From Brevinematales bacterium (lineage in GTDB: Bacteria; Spirochaetota; Brevinematia; DTOW01), in assembly GCA_026415355.1 (NCBI GenBank), contig JAOAHF010000011.1, positions 3,519-67,518 of the forward strand: 64,000 nt of DNA, read 5' to 3'. Shown here in pieces: positions 1 to 10,247 of this stretch. The notes under the pieces were generated by a model. It worked only from the letters and a program-made list of their open reading frames with translations, had not been told where the DNA came from and searched no databases. The translations under genes were made by a program, and so were the position numbers. Position 1 is the first letter of the stretch, and the number at the start of each line of letters is the position of its first letter.

Positions 1-75
1 TACTTCTACACTATCTTCCTGAAGTATTCTTTCAATATCAATAAAATCGTTAAGCCAGCTGAAGGGGAATTTCAT
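1..75 (-). CDS. pheT: Phenylalanine-tRNA ligase beta subunit, N-terminal fragment (runs off window)
   Basis: Manual translation MKFPFSWLNDFIDIERILQEDSVEV after a GGAGG Shine-Dalgarno; matches the PheT N-terminal MKxxxSWLxxF pattern. Only 25 codons are visible. Confidence 0.65.
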   Translation of the reverse strand, partial: MKFPFSWLNDFIDIERILQEDSVEV

Positions 76-84
76 ACATCCTCC

Positions 85-1755
85 TCAATTTACATTTCTA
101 CTCCTTATAAACCAGACTAATATTCCTGGAACAACAACAAGGAGAGGTACAACTATAAGACTCAAAACTAATACCAAATTAGCATCAGCTGATGAAGGTA
201 TAACAACAGGTTCTTGTTTAATAGATTTGGGTTTAATACCAAGCATCCCACCTTCTCTAGAGGACCATTCGATAATATTTAGAGCAAGTTCTAGGTTTCC
301 TGACATACTTTCTATGAAATAGTCTGATAGAAAATCAATGTCACCTATTATAACCATTTTAGAAGTTTTTGATTTATCGTTTTCAACAACCTTCTCGATA
401 GCATAACCTAGTATAATAGGAGGCTTTATGTCTTTCTCATCAGAAGAAGCAGTAAAGTTTTTACCACTTTCAGGTATAGATACCTCACCCCAACTATCCT
501 CAGAAGAAGACATGATATCGTAATACCTATATCCTAGTTGACCTTCTATATTTTCTAATCTTCCTATTGCCATAGCTGTAACTAGCTGAATTGGTAATCC
601 CTTGCGCCTTATATCTGATGTTATTGGGCTATAGTGTATGTAAGGAATTATGTAAAATAATCTTCCAACGTAGGGATTAAATCTTTCTTGATCGAAGACT
701 ACATTGTTTTTCACATAAAAACCTAATTTTGTTAGTAAGTAGTTTATTGAAAAAGTTTTATCGTACACCTCGCTACCTATAATTGGTTCAAGTAGTATAA
801 CAATACTACCTCCATTAGTGAAGTATGCATACAATTTATCTTGTACCTCGATAGGTATTATTCTTCTTGGACCTAGTATAACGATACTACCTGCATCACT
901 TGGAATATCTTTGGTTGTAGAAAGATTTAGTTCCTTTAATGTAAAGTTTGCTTTTTCTAAGTATGAACGCCACGTCTTGAAGGTATATTCAGAATCTCCA
1001 CCAGGTGCATCATTCAAGATTCTATGTTCTCCATTACCAACCAAAAAGTATATTGTTCTCGAGGATCCAATTACATCAAGTATTGCTGAAGTAACTTCTT
1101 CTTCAACTTTTATACCTACTGCCCTGGGACCATAACTAGTTTGTTGGTATTCAATTAGAGACGTTCCCCTTATATACTTTTTGTTAGCACCAGACTCAAC
1201 CACTATTATTATACTCTCACCTTGAGGTAATTCATATCTTTTCGCAGTTATTGGATCTTTGATAGGATCAACCGAAATGAAACTTATCTTTTCAGAGTTT
1301 TTAGAATATTCTTCCAGAATTTTCTCAAGTTCCGTTGCTTCTCCTCGTCTCGCGAAAAGCGTTATCTTGACATTGGAATTGAGAGATTTTATAACTTCCA
1401 TCGAATATGGTGATAATGAATACAACTGCTCAGAAGTAAGATCAAATTTCAAAGACCTGTTAGACGATATGATATACAAAACAATGAGTATACCTAACAC
1501 CAACCCAATGATTGCTATATCTTCAATACCTCTAAATATCTTGCCACTTTTGATATCTTCAAATATCCTAGTACCAGCCCAAACTATCCAAACCAGATTG
1601 ATCAAAAGTATGACCAGAAGTAGTATAACTCCCAAAGAGAAACCAAAAAAACTTAAAAGGCTAATGAAAACTATAAAAAGCACCAAGAAAACTACAACAC
1701 CTAATCTGTAGTTTTCTCTAAGAAAATCAATAATTCTCTTAATCATAATACTCAT
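85..1755 (-). CDS. GldG-family / ABC-type uncharacterised transport auxiliary membrane protein
   Basis: N-terminal TMs, FDLTSEQLYSLS, IYFLVGNGEH, VIIGDIDFLSD...GNLELALNIIEW, C-terminal TM. Confidence 0.8.
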   Translation of the reverse strand: MSIMIKRIIDFLRENYRLGVVVFLVLFIVFISLLSFFGFSLGVILLLVILLINLVWIVWAGTRIFEDIKSGKIFRGIEDIAIIGLVLGILIVLYIISSNRSLKFDLTSEQLYSLSPYSMEVIKSLNSNVKITLFARRGEATELEKILEEYSKNSEKISFISVDPIKDPITAKRYELPQGESIIIVVESGANKKYIRGTSLIEYQQTSYGPRAVGIKVEEEVTSAILDVIGSSRTIYFLVGNGEHRILNDAPGGDSEYTFKTWRSYLEKANFTLKELNLSTTKDIPSDAGSIVILGPRRIIPIEVQDKLYAYFTNGGSIVILLEPIIGSEVYDKTFSINYLLTKLGFYVKNNVVFDQERFNPYVGRLFYIIPYIHYSPITSDIRRKGLPIQLVTAMAIGRLENIEGQLGYRYYDIMSSSEDSWGEVSIPESGKNFTASSDEKDIKPPIILGYAIEKVVENDKSKTSKMVIIGDIDFLSDYFIESMSGNLELALNIIEWSSREGGMLGIKPKSIKQEPVVIPSSADANLVLVLSLIVVPLLVVVPGILVWFIRSRNVN

Positions 1756-1857
1756 CTAAAATTATAACATAATCATTACATCTATTCCAAACTAAGACAA
1801 ATGATATAAATATAAAATATCAAATAAAGATAAAACCAAAAGTGATAATGTTCAAGC

Positions 1858-3537
1858 TTACCTAGCAATATTAAAATTAAGTCCTTTTTTTATCTTATCT
1901 TTACTCACATACTCTCCCAAATAAAATATCTCGTCTTTTTCATGGTTTAAGATATTTTCACCCTTGGATCTAATTCTAGCTCTTATTCCAGATAAGTGTA
2001 TTGTTGTTAAAGAAATATCAATCTGAGACATAGGAGTCAGAATTGCTAGTTTTTTATCACCTATTATAAACAAAGGTACAATTTCTATAACTTTACCATT
2101 AACATAGGAAACTGATCTCTTGTAGTACTGACTATCTCGAACTGAAGAATGGTGATCTCCAAATATTACAATAAGAGTATTAGGAATAGTTTTTATAACA
2201 AAAGTTACGAAGTTAGATAAAACTTTATCAACGTAGTTAATAGAATTAAAGTATGCTCTTGTTATCGATTCGTTAATGTCGTTGAATATCTGATTTGTAT
2301 AGTATTTGTCAACTAAGTTAAAAGGCCCATGACTTGACATCGTAATAACATAAACAAAGAAGTTAGTGTTTTTTAGTTTTAGCAGAGTATTTTTTAAGTA
2401 CTCAAAAACATCTTCATCACTAGCACCCCATCCTTTTTCTAAGAGTTTCATCTCACTAATATCAAAAAATTTGTCGAAACCCATCATTTTATAAGCATCT
2501 TCTCTGCCGAAAAACGTACTTCTGTTATTGTGAAAAGCATAAGTTATATACCCATTTGCCTTGAATGCTTTCGCTATTGAATTATCGAATATTTTCCAAT
2601 ATCTCATTGATGGAATGTCTTTAAGAGGATGTAATGAATTTATGACTGCAAACTCAGCGTCTGAGGTATATCCAGCAAAGTGATAGGACACTACGATTGG
2701 AGCAAAAATTGAGTTTGTACTCAGCCATCTTAAATATGGAGTAACTGGTTTTCCCTTGTAATTTGTGAATATAACGGAGCTATCTAAACTCTCAATCTGA
2801 ATGATTATTACATTCTTTTTAGTCCTATCCCCAGCAAATTCAAAAATCTTTCCATACTTAATTGTTTTATTCGCTATTCCTGGATTTACAATGTAAAAAA
2901 CGTCTAGAAAATTTACAAAAATTGTACCGTATCTGGATATCAACTTTTGTTCTTCTCTCAAGGAAAGGCCTTCAGATACAAGCTTCGAGATTATGTTGAT
3001 AATACCTTCTTTTCTTATTACAAATATCACCTCCGAAATAAAGAGTAACAATATAAGACTTATGAAAACTTTTTTCATAAAAGGTTTGAGCAAAAGTTCT
3101 CTAATTGATGGATAGTTTAACAATAACAGTAAAAAAAACGGTAAATCTATTAAAACAATAAGAATTCTTGAAATCCAACCAACAGAGTTAAGCGCAGATA
3201 AGAATGATATACCTTCATTAACGTTTGTAAAATTAGTATCGAGATGAAATAGAAAGTTTAGTATGTGAAAATAATTGTCAAAATATAAAAAGTATATTAC
3301 ATTGAGAAGAAGCCAAAAGTTCTCTATCAAGAAAACCAAAATGAATATAATCCTTCTCCTTAGAAAAAGAAAATAAAGGACATAACCTGTGATAATCAAA
3401 GATATAGGTTTCAAGAAGTGTATAGAAATAGAAATATTTGATAGAAAAACTACAAATTTTACACTTCTTGCTATCAAGAAAGCCAAAAGCAAGAATATTG
3501 GTATAAATTTCTTGTTAGGCTTTAAGTCTAATTTCAT
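1858..3537 (-). CDS. LTA synthase (LtaS)/sulfatase-family membrane phosphoglycerol transferase-like protein
   Basis: N-terminal TMs, IIQIESLD, TSDAEF (Thr nucleophile), TMSSHGPF, FGDHH. Confidence 0.85.
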   Translation of the reverse strand: MKLDLKPNKKFIPIFLLLAFLIARSVKFVVFLSNISISIHFLKPISLIITGYVLYFLFLRRRIIFILVFLIENFWLLLNVIYFLYFDNYFHILNFLFHLDTNFTNVNEGISFLSALNSVGWISRILIVLIDLPFFLLLLLNYPSIRELLLKPFMKKVFISLILLLFISEVIFVIRKEGIINIISKLVSEGLSLREEQKLISRYGTIFVNFLDVFYIVNPGIANKTIKYGKIFEFAGDRTKKNVIIIQIESLDSSVIFTNYKGKPVTPYLRWLSTNSIFAPIVVSYHFAGYTSDAEFAVINSLHPLKDIPSMRYWKIFDNSIAKAFKANGYITYAFHNNRSTFFGREDAYKMMGFDKFFDISEMKLLEKGWGASDEDVFEYLKNTLLKLKNTNFFVYVITMSSHGPFNLVDKYYTNQIFNDINESITRAYFNSINYVDKVLSNFVTFVIKTIPNTLIVIFGDHHSSVRDSQYYKRSVSYVNGKVIEIVPLFIIGDKKLAILTPMSQIDISLTTIHLSGIRARIRSKGENILNHEKDEIFYLGEYVSKDKIKKGLNFNIAR

Positions 3538-3606
3538 TCAGAGTTTGATTATGAAGGTTTTTTTATTCAGTTTCTAGAATAAAACTTCTGAGATTTTTTC
3601 AAGAGT

Positions 3607-4475
3607 TTAGTATTTTTTGTAGAAGATCATTCTGAACACCTCATTTCCATAACTCATCCAAGCAATCTTCAAATCTTCATCTCCGAGTATACCTAACCTA
3701 TCTAGAAGGTAGAAGAACATAAAAGATCCCGAACATTTCACACTTCAACTGTTCTCTCAAACTACCTCCTACTATCAGCCCCATATTCAATTCTACAACC
3801 AAAAATAAAATTAACTTCACTACATTCCCAAAAATCTCTGACCATCACACTTTTTATCACCAAACCTTTCTTCATACTCCTGGAACTCTGCTCTACCTTC
3901 ATCTACCCTTGTAAATCTCAACCATACTTTTACAAGGCTATAAATTAGTAACCAGAACTATTAGTTGTAGACGAGCTTTATCACTAGACTAACCCTATAA
4001 ATACCTTTCCATATCCTCACTCCTCTATACTCAAAATCTAATATCTCCTTGTGTAAATCTCCCCCTGTCTCATCTTCTACACTAACATTCCCCACCTTAA
4101 CCCTCATCAGGCACCTTATCCAATTCACAGAATATCTCAACAAAACTTAATTCTCTCTCATCAACAGAAAGTTTGTCCCCTATAACTTCTCTCACCTTAC
4201 CAAAAATCTCAGAATACCATGCTCACATATTCTCATAACTTCGCAAGAGTACCTTCGCCAATGTAAAAAATTCGATATACAAGTATACTCATACTACTCT
4301 CTAACAATCTTCATATCAATTTCGGCTAAATCCCCCATCACATACCCATTATCACTATCAAAACACCTCACCATAACCTTCTCTACAATCTCAACATCCA
4401 ACTCTTCTAACACTCTCTTTACAAACTCATCTTCTCTTCCTTCATGCTGCTGAAAAGATTTTCTAGATATCCCAA
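3607..4475 (-). pseudogene. Degenerate IS4-like DDE transposase remnant
   Basis: Minus-strand fragments across frameshifts and stops: VMVRCFDSDNGY (D2-like), IVLVTNL...MVEIYKGR(W)KVEQSSRSMK (YxxRWxIExxFRxxK signature). No intact ORF and no clear terminal inverted repeats. Confidence 0.7.
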
Positions 4476-4583
4476 ACTACCAAAAAATGATTAGAAAAGT
4501 ATCTATTCTTAGCAAACTCTACCAAAGACTTCCGTAAACTGAAGTTTGTTATCGATATTACTATATGTTTAGAATTTTACTGT

Positions 4584-5780
4584 ATGCTAGAAAAAATAAA
4601 AATAGTATCTCTAACAGTTTTTGTATTGATTTGCGTTAGTATAACAAACTCAAATGCAGAAATTATTTTTAACTTCACAAATGGCATAATAGACATATTT
4701 TCTTTCACTGAAACCTTAAACGGTAAACTTAAGTATGATCCATACAAAGCAAAGATAACGATATCTTTCAGTACAAATACTCTTGAGTTCTTTGAAGACA
4801 GAGAGTTTTATATACTAAATTCAAACACAATCCTACCAATCATAGGAGGACTTGTAAGGACTAATTTTAACTACTATTTACCAATAGGTGTAGTTGATAG
4901 CATAATATCTCTACTTAAGATAGAATGTAAATTCGTTAACATTGATATTTCACTAAAAAACCCAAACAACTCAAATAATTTTGGCTCATCTGAAGAAAAA
5001 CCAAAAGATGCTGAAACTCAACTTAAACTAAATCCGAAAGTAACCTATGAAAATGCACAATCAGACTTTACACCTATAAGATTTGTAGTCATAGACGCAG
5101 GACATGGCGGAAAAGATCCAGGAGCAGTACACAATGGATTTAGAGAAAAAGATATCAACCTAATATATGCAAGAGAAATAGCATCAAAACTCGCTAGAAT
5201 ATTATCATCTAAAGGAATTAACGTTGTACTAACAAGAAATGAAGACGCATATTTAACACTAGAACAAAGAGCAAAAATTACAAGTGACCTTATGAAACAA
5301 ACTCAAGGCTATGGAATATTTATAAGCATACACCAAAATGCTTCACCTATAAAGACAAAAAAGGGGCCTGAAATATATTATGTAAGCGATAAGGCAGTTG
5401 ATGATGATACTAGAGCAGTATTGGCCTTCGAGAACTCTTTCATACCAAAAGATGAAATCAAAAAAGTAGGAGAACTTGAAAAGATAATAAGCAAAATAAG
5501 AAGTGTAGCTCTCATGGAAGAAAGCAGAATATTGAGTGAAACTATCTCATCATCAATGATAAATCTCAAACCTATCGTAAAAGGTGCACCATTTTATGTA
5601 ATAAAATATATACCAGTGCCATCGATATTAGTTGAAGTAGGCTATATATCTAATCCTGAAGAAGTAAAAACTATAACTTCAAAAGATTATATATCTTCAT
5701 TTACTGATATGATTTCAAACGGTATTAATAAATTTATACAAGAATATAATTCCACAAAGGGCTTTACAACACCAAGATAA
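4584..5780 (+). CDS. N-acetylmuramoyl-L-alanine amidase (Amidase_3)
   Basis: Signal peptide; VVIDAGHGGKDPGA, EKDINL, ISIHQNAS, SILVEVGYISN. Confidence 0.92.
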   Translation: MLEKIKIVSLTVFVLICVSITNSNAEIIFNFTNGIIDIFSFTETLNGKLKYDPYKAKITISFSTNTLEFFEDREFYILNSNTILPIIGGLVRTNFNYYLPIGVVDSIISLLKIECKFVNIDISLKNPNNSNNFGSSEEKPKDAETQLKLNPKVTYENAQSDFTPIRFVVIDAGHGGKDPGAVHNGFREKDINLIYAREIASKLARILSSKGINVVLTRNEDAYLTLEQRAKITSDLMKQTQGYGIFISIHQNASPIKTKKGPEIYYVSDKAVDDDTRAVLAFENSFIPKDEIKKVGELEKIISKIRSVALMEESRILSETISSSMINLKPIVKGAPFYVIKYIPVPSILVEVGYISNPEEVKTITSKDYISSFTDMISNGINKFIQEYNSTKGFTTPR

Positions 5781-5942
5781 TATTAAAATTACTGAAAACA
5801 AAATTAATTAAAACTTACAAACTCAGACCATAATTCTCTATTCACAAGCTTACATTATCAAAGCTTGATTTATAACTCTTCTAAAATTCAGTATAAAATT
5901 GAAATAATAAAGCAATACAATACATAGAAATATAGATTGAAG

Positions 5943-7310
5943 ATGGAGAACATGATTGATAAAAGACTCAAAAAACTAAACAGCTACCCTATATCTCCTG
6001 AAGGGAAATATGTATTATATTGCATGGAAGCAAGTCAAAGGATAAGTTATAACTACGCATTACTTTTTACAATAGAAAAGTCAAATGAGCTTAGAAAACC
6101 ACTCGTTGTTATTTTCAACATAACAGACCAATATAAGCACTCTAACGCAAGATACTACAAGTTTATGTTAGAAGGCATAATAGAACTAAAAAGGGACTTT
6201 GAAACACTTGGTATTAAGTTTCAAGTAAGGAAAGGCGATTATGTATCAGGTTGTATTGAATTTGGCAAAGATTCATGCCTAGTAGTACTTGACAGAAACT
6301 ACCTAGCAACACAGAGAAAATGGAGATACGAAGTAGCAAATAAGTTAGATACACTAGTTGTCGAAGTTGACAACGATGTAGTAGTCCCTGTCGAATTAGT
6401 TTCTAACAAAGAGGAACCTTACGCTTACCTAATAAGAAACAAGATCTACCCTATCATGGAAAACTTTATACACGAATTCAAATTACCAGATCAAAAAGTA
6501 AAATCAAGTCAATTTGACTTAGGAGAAGAATTTTTCTTTAGTGATGTTAATATCTTTTTGAACAATCTAAATATTGATAAAACAGTTAGTACAGTTAACA
6601 CATTCAGAGGTGGATACAACGAAGCAGTCAAATTGTTGGATGAATTTATATTTAATAAACTATCAATGTACAAAGAATATAGAAGTGATCCTACAAAGAA
6701 CTATCAATCTAACTTAAGTCCTTACCTTCACTTTGGTAACATATCGCCAGTAGAGATAATACATAAAATTCTCAAAAACTACCCCTTCGAGGACGAAAAC
6801 GTACAATCATTCATCAATGAACTTGTGGTATGGAGAGAACTTGCCAGAAATTTTGTTTACTACAATATTAATTACAACAAATACGAAGGTATACCTGAAT
6901 GGGCTAAGAAAACTCTAGAAGAACACAAAGGAGACAAAAGAGAATTTCTATATACACTACAGGACTTTGAAAACGCAAAAACACACGACATATATTGGAA
7001 TTCCGCTCAAAAAGAACTCCTAAAAACAGGTAAAATGCACAACTATATGAGAATGTACTGGGCTAAAAAGATCTTGGAATGGACAAAAGATCCAAAAGAA
7101 GCATTCGATATATCATGCTACCTAAACGATAAATATGAACTGGATGGTAGAGATCCAAATGGATATACTGGTATATCATGGTGTTTTGGTAGTTTTGATA
7201 GACCCTTTGGAGAAAGAAAGGTAATAGGTAAAATAAGGTATATGAGCACAAAAGGATTAGAAAATAAGTTTGACATAAAAAAGTATGTAGAAAAATATAA
7301 AAATCTATGA
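5943..7310 (+). CDS. phr: Class II CPD deoxyribodipyrimidine photolyase
   Basis: SNLSPYLHFG, WNSAQKELLKTGKMHNYMRMYWAKKILEW, NDKYELDGRDPNGY. Start is ATG 5943 or 5952. Confidence 0.93.
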   Translation: MENMIDKRLKKLNSYPISPEGKYVLYCMEASQRISYNYALLFTIEKSNELRKPLVVIFNITDQYKHSNARYYKFMLEGIIELKRDFETLGIKFQVRKGDYVSGCIEFGKDSCLVVLDRNYLATQRKWRYEVANKLDTLVVEVDNDVVVPVELVSNKEEPYAYLIRNKIYPIMENFIHEFKLPDQKVKSSQFDLGEEFFFSDVNIFLNNLNIDKTVSTVNTFRGGYNEAVKLLDEFIFNKLSMYKEYRSDPTKNYQSNLSPYLHFGNISPVEIIHKILKNYPFEDENVQSFINELVVWRELARNFVYYNINYNKYEGIPEWAKKTLEEHKGDKREFLYTLQDFENAKTHDIYWNSAQKELLKTGKMHNYMRMYWAKKILEWTKDPKEAFDISCYLNDKYELDGRDPNGYTGISWCFGSFDRPFGERKVIGKIRYMSTKGLENKFDIKKYVEKYKNL

Positions 7311-8720
7311 TATACCAACATCAATCATAACGTACTTTATTTTTGAGAAAATTTCTTTTTTAACATTAATACCTTGTTCATTTTCAGTCCACCTTCTACC
7401 TGCAACAAACAAATACTTTATATCACCAAAACTATCAATAACAGGAAATACAATTATCTCAAAAAGTTCATCTTTTAGCCTACTACCAAGTTCATACAAC
7501 TCTTTTATATCTCCTTTTATCGAAACAGCTTTACCCTTAGACAAAAATTTTTCCCATATTTTGTCTGAAAAGTATATAACAAAATCTTCTGTTTCAAACC
7601 CTTCCGAAGCAACCTGAACAAAACCATCTTCAGTTTTACGCATAAACATAACCTTGGTTATTTTCAAACTATCCTTTATGTATGTAAATATTTCACTTAC
7701 AGTAGCAATTGCTTTTTCCGTTATATAGCCATGAAAAGGAACTATGTCAGATTCTATAGGCTCATACTTATATCTACTATCCTCAAGTGCAAAATCCTGT
7801 TTATCACTAATAGCATACTCACTACTCGAATAATTACTTAAATTACTCATGCTTTCAAAACTTTTATCTACCTCAGACAAAACAGATTCTCTAACATCTT
7901 CATATATTTTTATGTTTCTATCACTAACTAAACTAATCAAAACCCAAACCGTTACAAATAAAGCAAATATTATTGATAAGACTATAATTGCAACGTTAAG
8001 TATGTCAAATCCCATGCTGTATCTGAAAAAGAGTAACTTGAGATTATAATTCTTTAAATTTTCAGATATTATGGAATTCTTGACAAGTAAGGATGAATTT
8101 TCTTTTACTGACTCCTCTGAGAGTTTTTCAGGAGCATTAACAACAATAAGATCCTGAATAAACTTGAGATTTTTGATTTCAAAATAAGGTTGCTCAAAAA
8201 AATCCTTATACCAACCTATTGCCAAATATCCTATCGATACCCCTCTTTGATCATAGATCTTAGTTATTGAATATACTACATCAAAACTCCCAAAAAATAC
8301 AAAATCATTCTTCAAAAGGTACTTCTGCGCAAGTCTAAATTCATTAAAGTCTTTATCAAAATAGTCAGAAGAAACTAAAAAATTCCCATTGTTATCAATT
8401 AGAACTACTTTGTAGGCATTTTTTATACTGCTTCTCAACCTTGAAAGATAATTAATAAAATCTCTTCTATTTCCTTCTATCTGCATCTGGAAGAATATAA
8501 GTCTTACACTAGGATCTCTTGCTACTGACTCAGTTATTGATTTACAACTTGAGAGCCTATTACTAAAATTTCTAACTATATCTGAAGAAACAGACTTCAA
8601 CTTTGATTCAACCCTATACTTAAATATACCTGTATTTGTCAGAGCCATATAAACAATAATCCCAACTATAATATATGAAACAATAAGAAAAACTATCTTG
8701 TATGCATTTTCTTTTACCAT
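7305..8720 (-). CDS. Membrane sensor-like protein: TM, Cache-like periplasmic domain, TM, C-terminal GAF-like domain
   Basis: VVLIDNNGNFLVSS and IYDQRGVSIGYLAI are Cache-type strands; C-terminal FVQVASEG...IIVFPV...LFVAGR is GAF-like. Confidence 0.5.
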   Translation of the reverse strand: MVKENAYKIVFLIVSYIIVGIIVYMALTNTGIFKYRVESKLKSVSSDIVRNFSNRLSSCKSITESVARDPSVRLIFFQMQIEGNRRDFINYLSRLRSSIKNAYKVVLIDNNGNFLVSSDYFDKDFNEFRLAQKYLLKNDFVFFGSFDVVYSITKIYDQRGVSIGYLAIGWYKDFFEQPYFEIKNLKFIQDLIVVNAPEKLSEESVKENSSLLVKNSIISENLKNYNLKLLFFRYSMGFDILNVAIIVLSIIFALFVTVWVLISLVSDRNIKIYEDVRESVLSEVDKSFESMSNLSNYSSSEYAISDKQDFALEDSRYKYEPIESDIVPFHGYITEKAIATVSEIFTYIKDSLKITKVMFMRKTEDGFVQVASEGFETEDFVIYFSDKIWEKFLSKGKAVSIKGDIKELYELGSRLKDELFEIIVFPVIDSFGDIKYLFVAGRRWTENEQGINVKKEIFSKIKYVMIDVGIS

Positions 8721-8869
8721 GATTCTTCAAACTAATTATACAATTCCGCAAGATAGTCTTTCTACAATCAAAAGCATATTCAATACAACTAAACAACAAA
8801 AATTTAATATTTAACTTACTCAAACCTACTAAAAATAAAACATAATTAGTAGAAAAATTTTGAATTTAT

Positions 8870-9178
8870 TTACCTAACAAAAACCTCTATTCGTAGAGAG
8901 TTAGGATAACTCTTATCAACCTTCCTTAAGTACTCAAGGAAGGAATTTACTATAACTTCATCTCCTTTTTTGGAATCAAACTCAATCCTACCCCTTCCCG
9001 AAGAAAGAGAAAAAGTACCTTCCCTCTTCAGGTTATTAAACAAGTGAACTATCAAAAATTGAAAAACTCCTGATATACCAGCACAAACAATATCTTCTCC
9101 TTTTTTACCATACCCTGAATGACCTTCCATTTCTATCAAAATTCTACTATCAGATATAACTACTACCACATTTATCAT
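8870..9178 (-). CDS. prp: Ribosomal-processing cysteine protease Prp (DUF464)
   Basis: GHSGY...DIVCAGIS catalytic His/Cys motif; 102 aa. Confidence 0.88.
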   Translation of the reverse strand: MINVVVVISDSRILIEMEGHSGYGKKGEDIVCAGISGVFQFLIVHLFNNLKREGTFSLSSGRGRIEFDSKKGDEVIVNSFLEYLRKVDKSYPNSLRIEVFVR

Positions 9179-9307
9179 AAAAACTATTATAAATCAGGAA
9201 CAAAATCTCTTAAAAAATCTAAAAACCCTTCCCTCAAAACTAAAGTACTTATAAAAATCAACCTTGAAACTTCCTATCAAAACAACATAGGTTTAAGATC
9301 CTACTCC

Positions 9308-10114
9308 TCATTTAAATCTTTCATATATTTTCAATATTAAATTAGTAATTCTCAAAGATGGACTTAAATCCATAGGATCAAGAGTTATTATCTTAGATTT
9401 TAATCCCAAACTAACAATTTCATTGCTAATTGACTCATTATTCTCACCAACAGCAATCAAAATCACATCCGGAGATAACTTAAGCACAGTTTCAACATTT
9501 ATTGTTAACGTCTGATATTGATAAGAAAACTTATCTGTCAAGTTTATACCACCAATCTTCCTTATAACATCAGCAACTAAACTATTCGAACTAGCAGTAT
9601 ATATAAGAGGATAAGAATACAAAACCAAAAAACTCTTTCCCTTGACAACATTACTAACCTTAAACATAAGATTAGTAACATAATTTCTAACCTCATATAT
9701 ACTTCTCACCTTTCTACTTCCAACTAAATTAGCAAGCTTATCCATATTCTCAAGCAAACTATCAAACCTAGGGTAATCCATAACAAATACTCTAATCCCT
9801 CTTTTCAGCAAATTTTGATAATTTTCAATAGTTCCCATTTTAAGCATAAAAACTATATCAGGCTTAAGCTTTATTATACCTTCAAAATCAGGATCATATA
9901 TCCCACCAACCTTCATCCTATTTAAATTACAATACCTTGTTACACCCACTATCTTATCTTCAACTCCTAAAAACACTAAAGTTTCAGTAATACTAGGAGC
10001 AAGAGAAATTATCCTAGCGTAATTCCTCCTCTCAAAAACATTCCCCATATCATCCACTACGTTACCATAACAAACTAAGTTAAAAAAAACCAAAACCACT
10101 ACAAACACAAACAT
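9308..10114 (-). CDS. BtuF-like helical-backbone cobalamin/iron ABC substrate-binding protein
   Basis: RIISLAPSITETL, IVGVTRYC, VGGIYDPDFE, ETVLKLSPDVI. ATG 10114 is preferred over GTG 10120. Confidence 0.82.
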   Translation of the reverse strand: MFVFVVVLVFFNLVCYGNVVDDMGNVFERRNYARIISLAPSITETLVFLGVEDKIVGVTRYCNLNRMKVGGIYDPDFEGIIKLKPDIVFMLKMGTIENYQNLLKRGIRVFVMDYPRFDSLLENMDKLANLVGSRKVRSIYEVRNYVTNLMFKVSNVVKGKSFLVLYSYPLIYTASSNSLVADVIRKIGGINLTDKFSYQYQTLTINVETVLKLSPDVILIAVGENNESISNEIVSLGLKSKIITLDPMDLSPSLRITNLILKIYERFK

Positions 10115-10181
10115 AACCACAATTATAAATAATTAAACCAAACTAATTGAACTAAAAAACTAACCTATCTGAAATGACAAC

Positions 10182-10210
10182 TTGACTTTGATGAATAATT
10201 TTATTATACT
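10182..10210 (+). promoter_or_regulatory. Sigma70-type promoter of the glutaredoxin gene
   Basis: TTGACT-N17-TATACT. Confidence 0.7.
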
Positions 10211-10247
10211 ATATACGAGTATAAGGTATATTAGATGGAGGGTAACT

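Noticed and set aside
3961-4143. 60-aa ORF as an independent gene
   Set aside because: It is a fragment of the degenerate transposase
4545-4560. Sigma28-like CGATAT upstream of the amidase gene
   Set aside because: TAAA spacing is only about 12 nt, which does not fit the consensus
10120-10180. Cobalamin riboswitch upstream of the btuF-like gene
   Set aside because: Intergenic space is too short and AT-rich, with no B12-box; the gene looks leaderless
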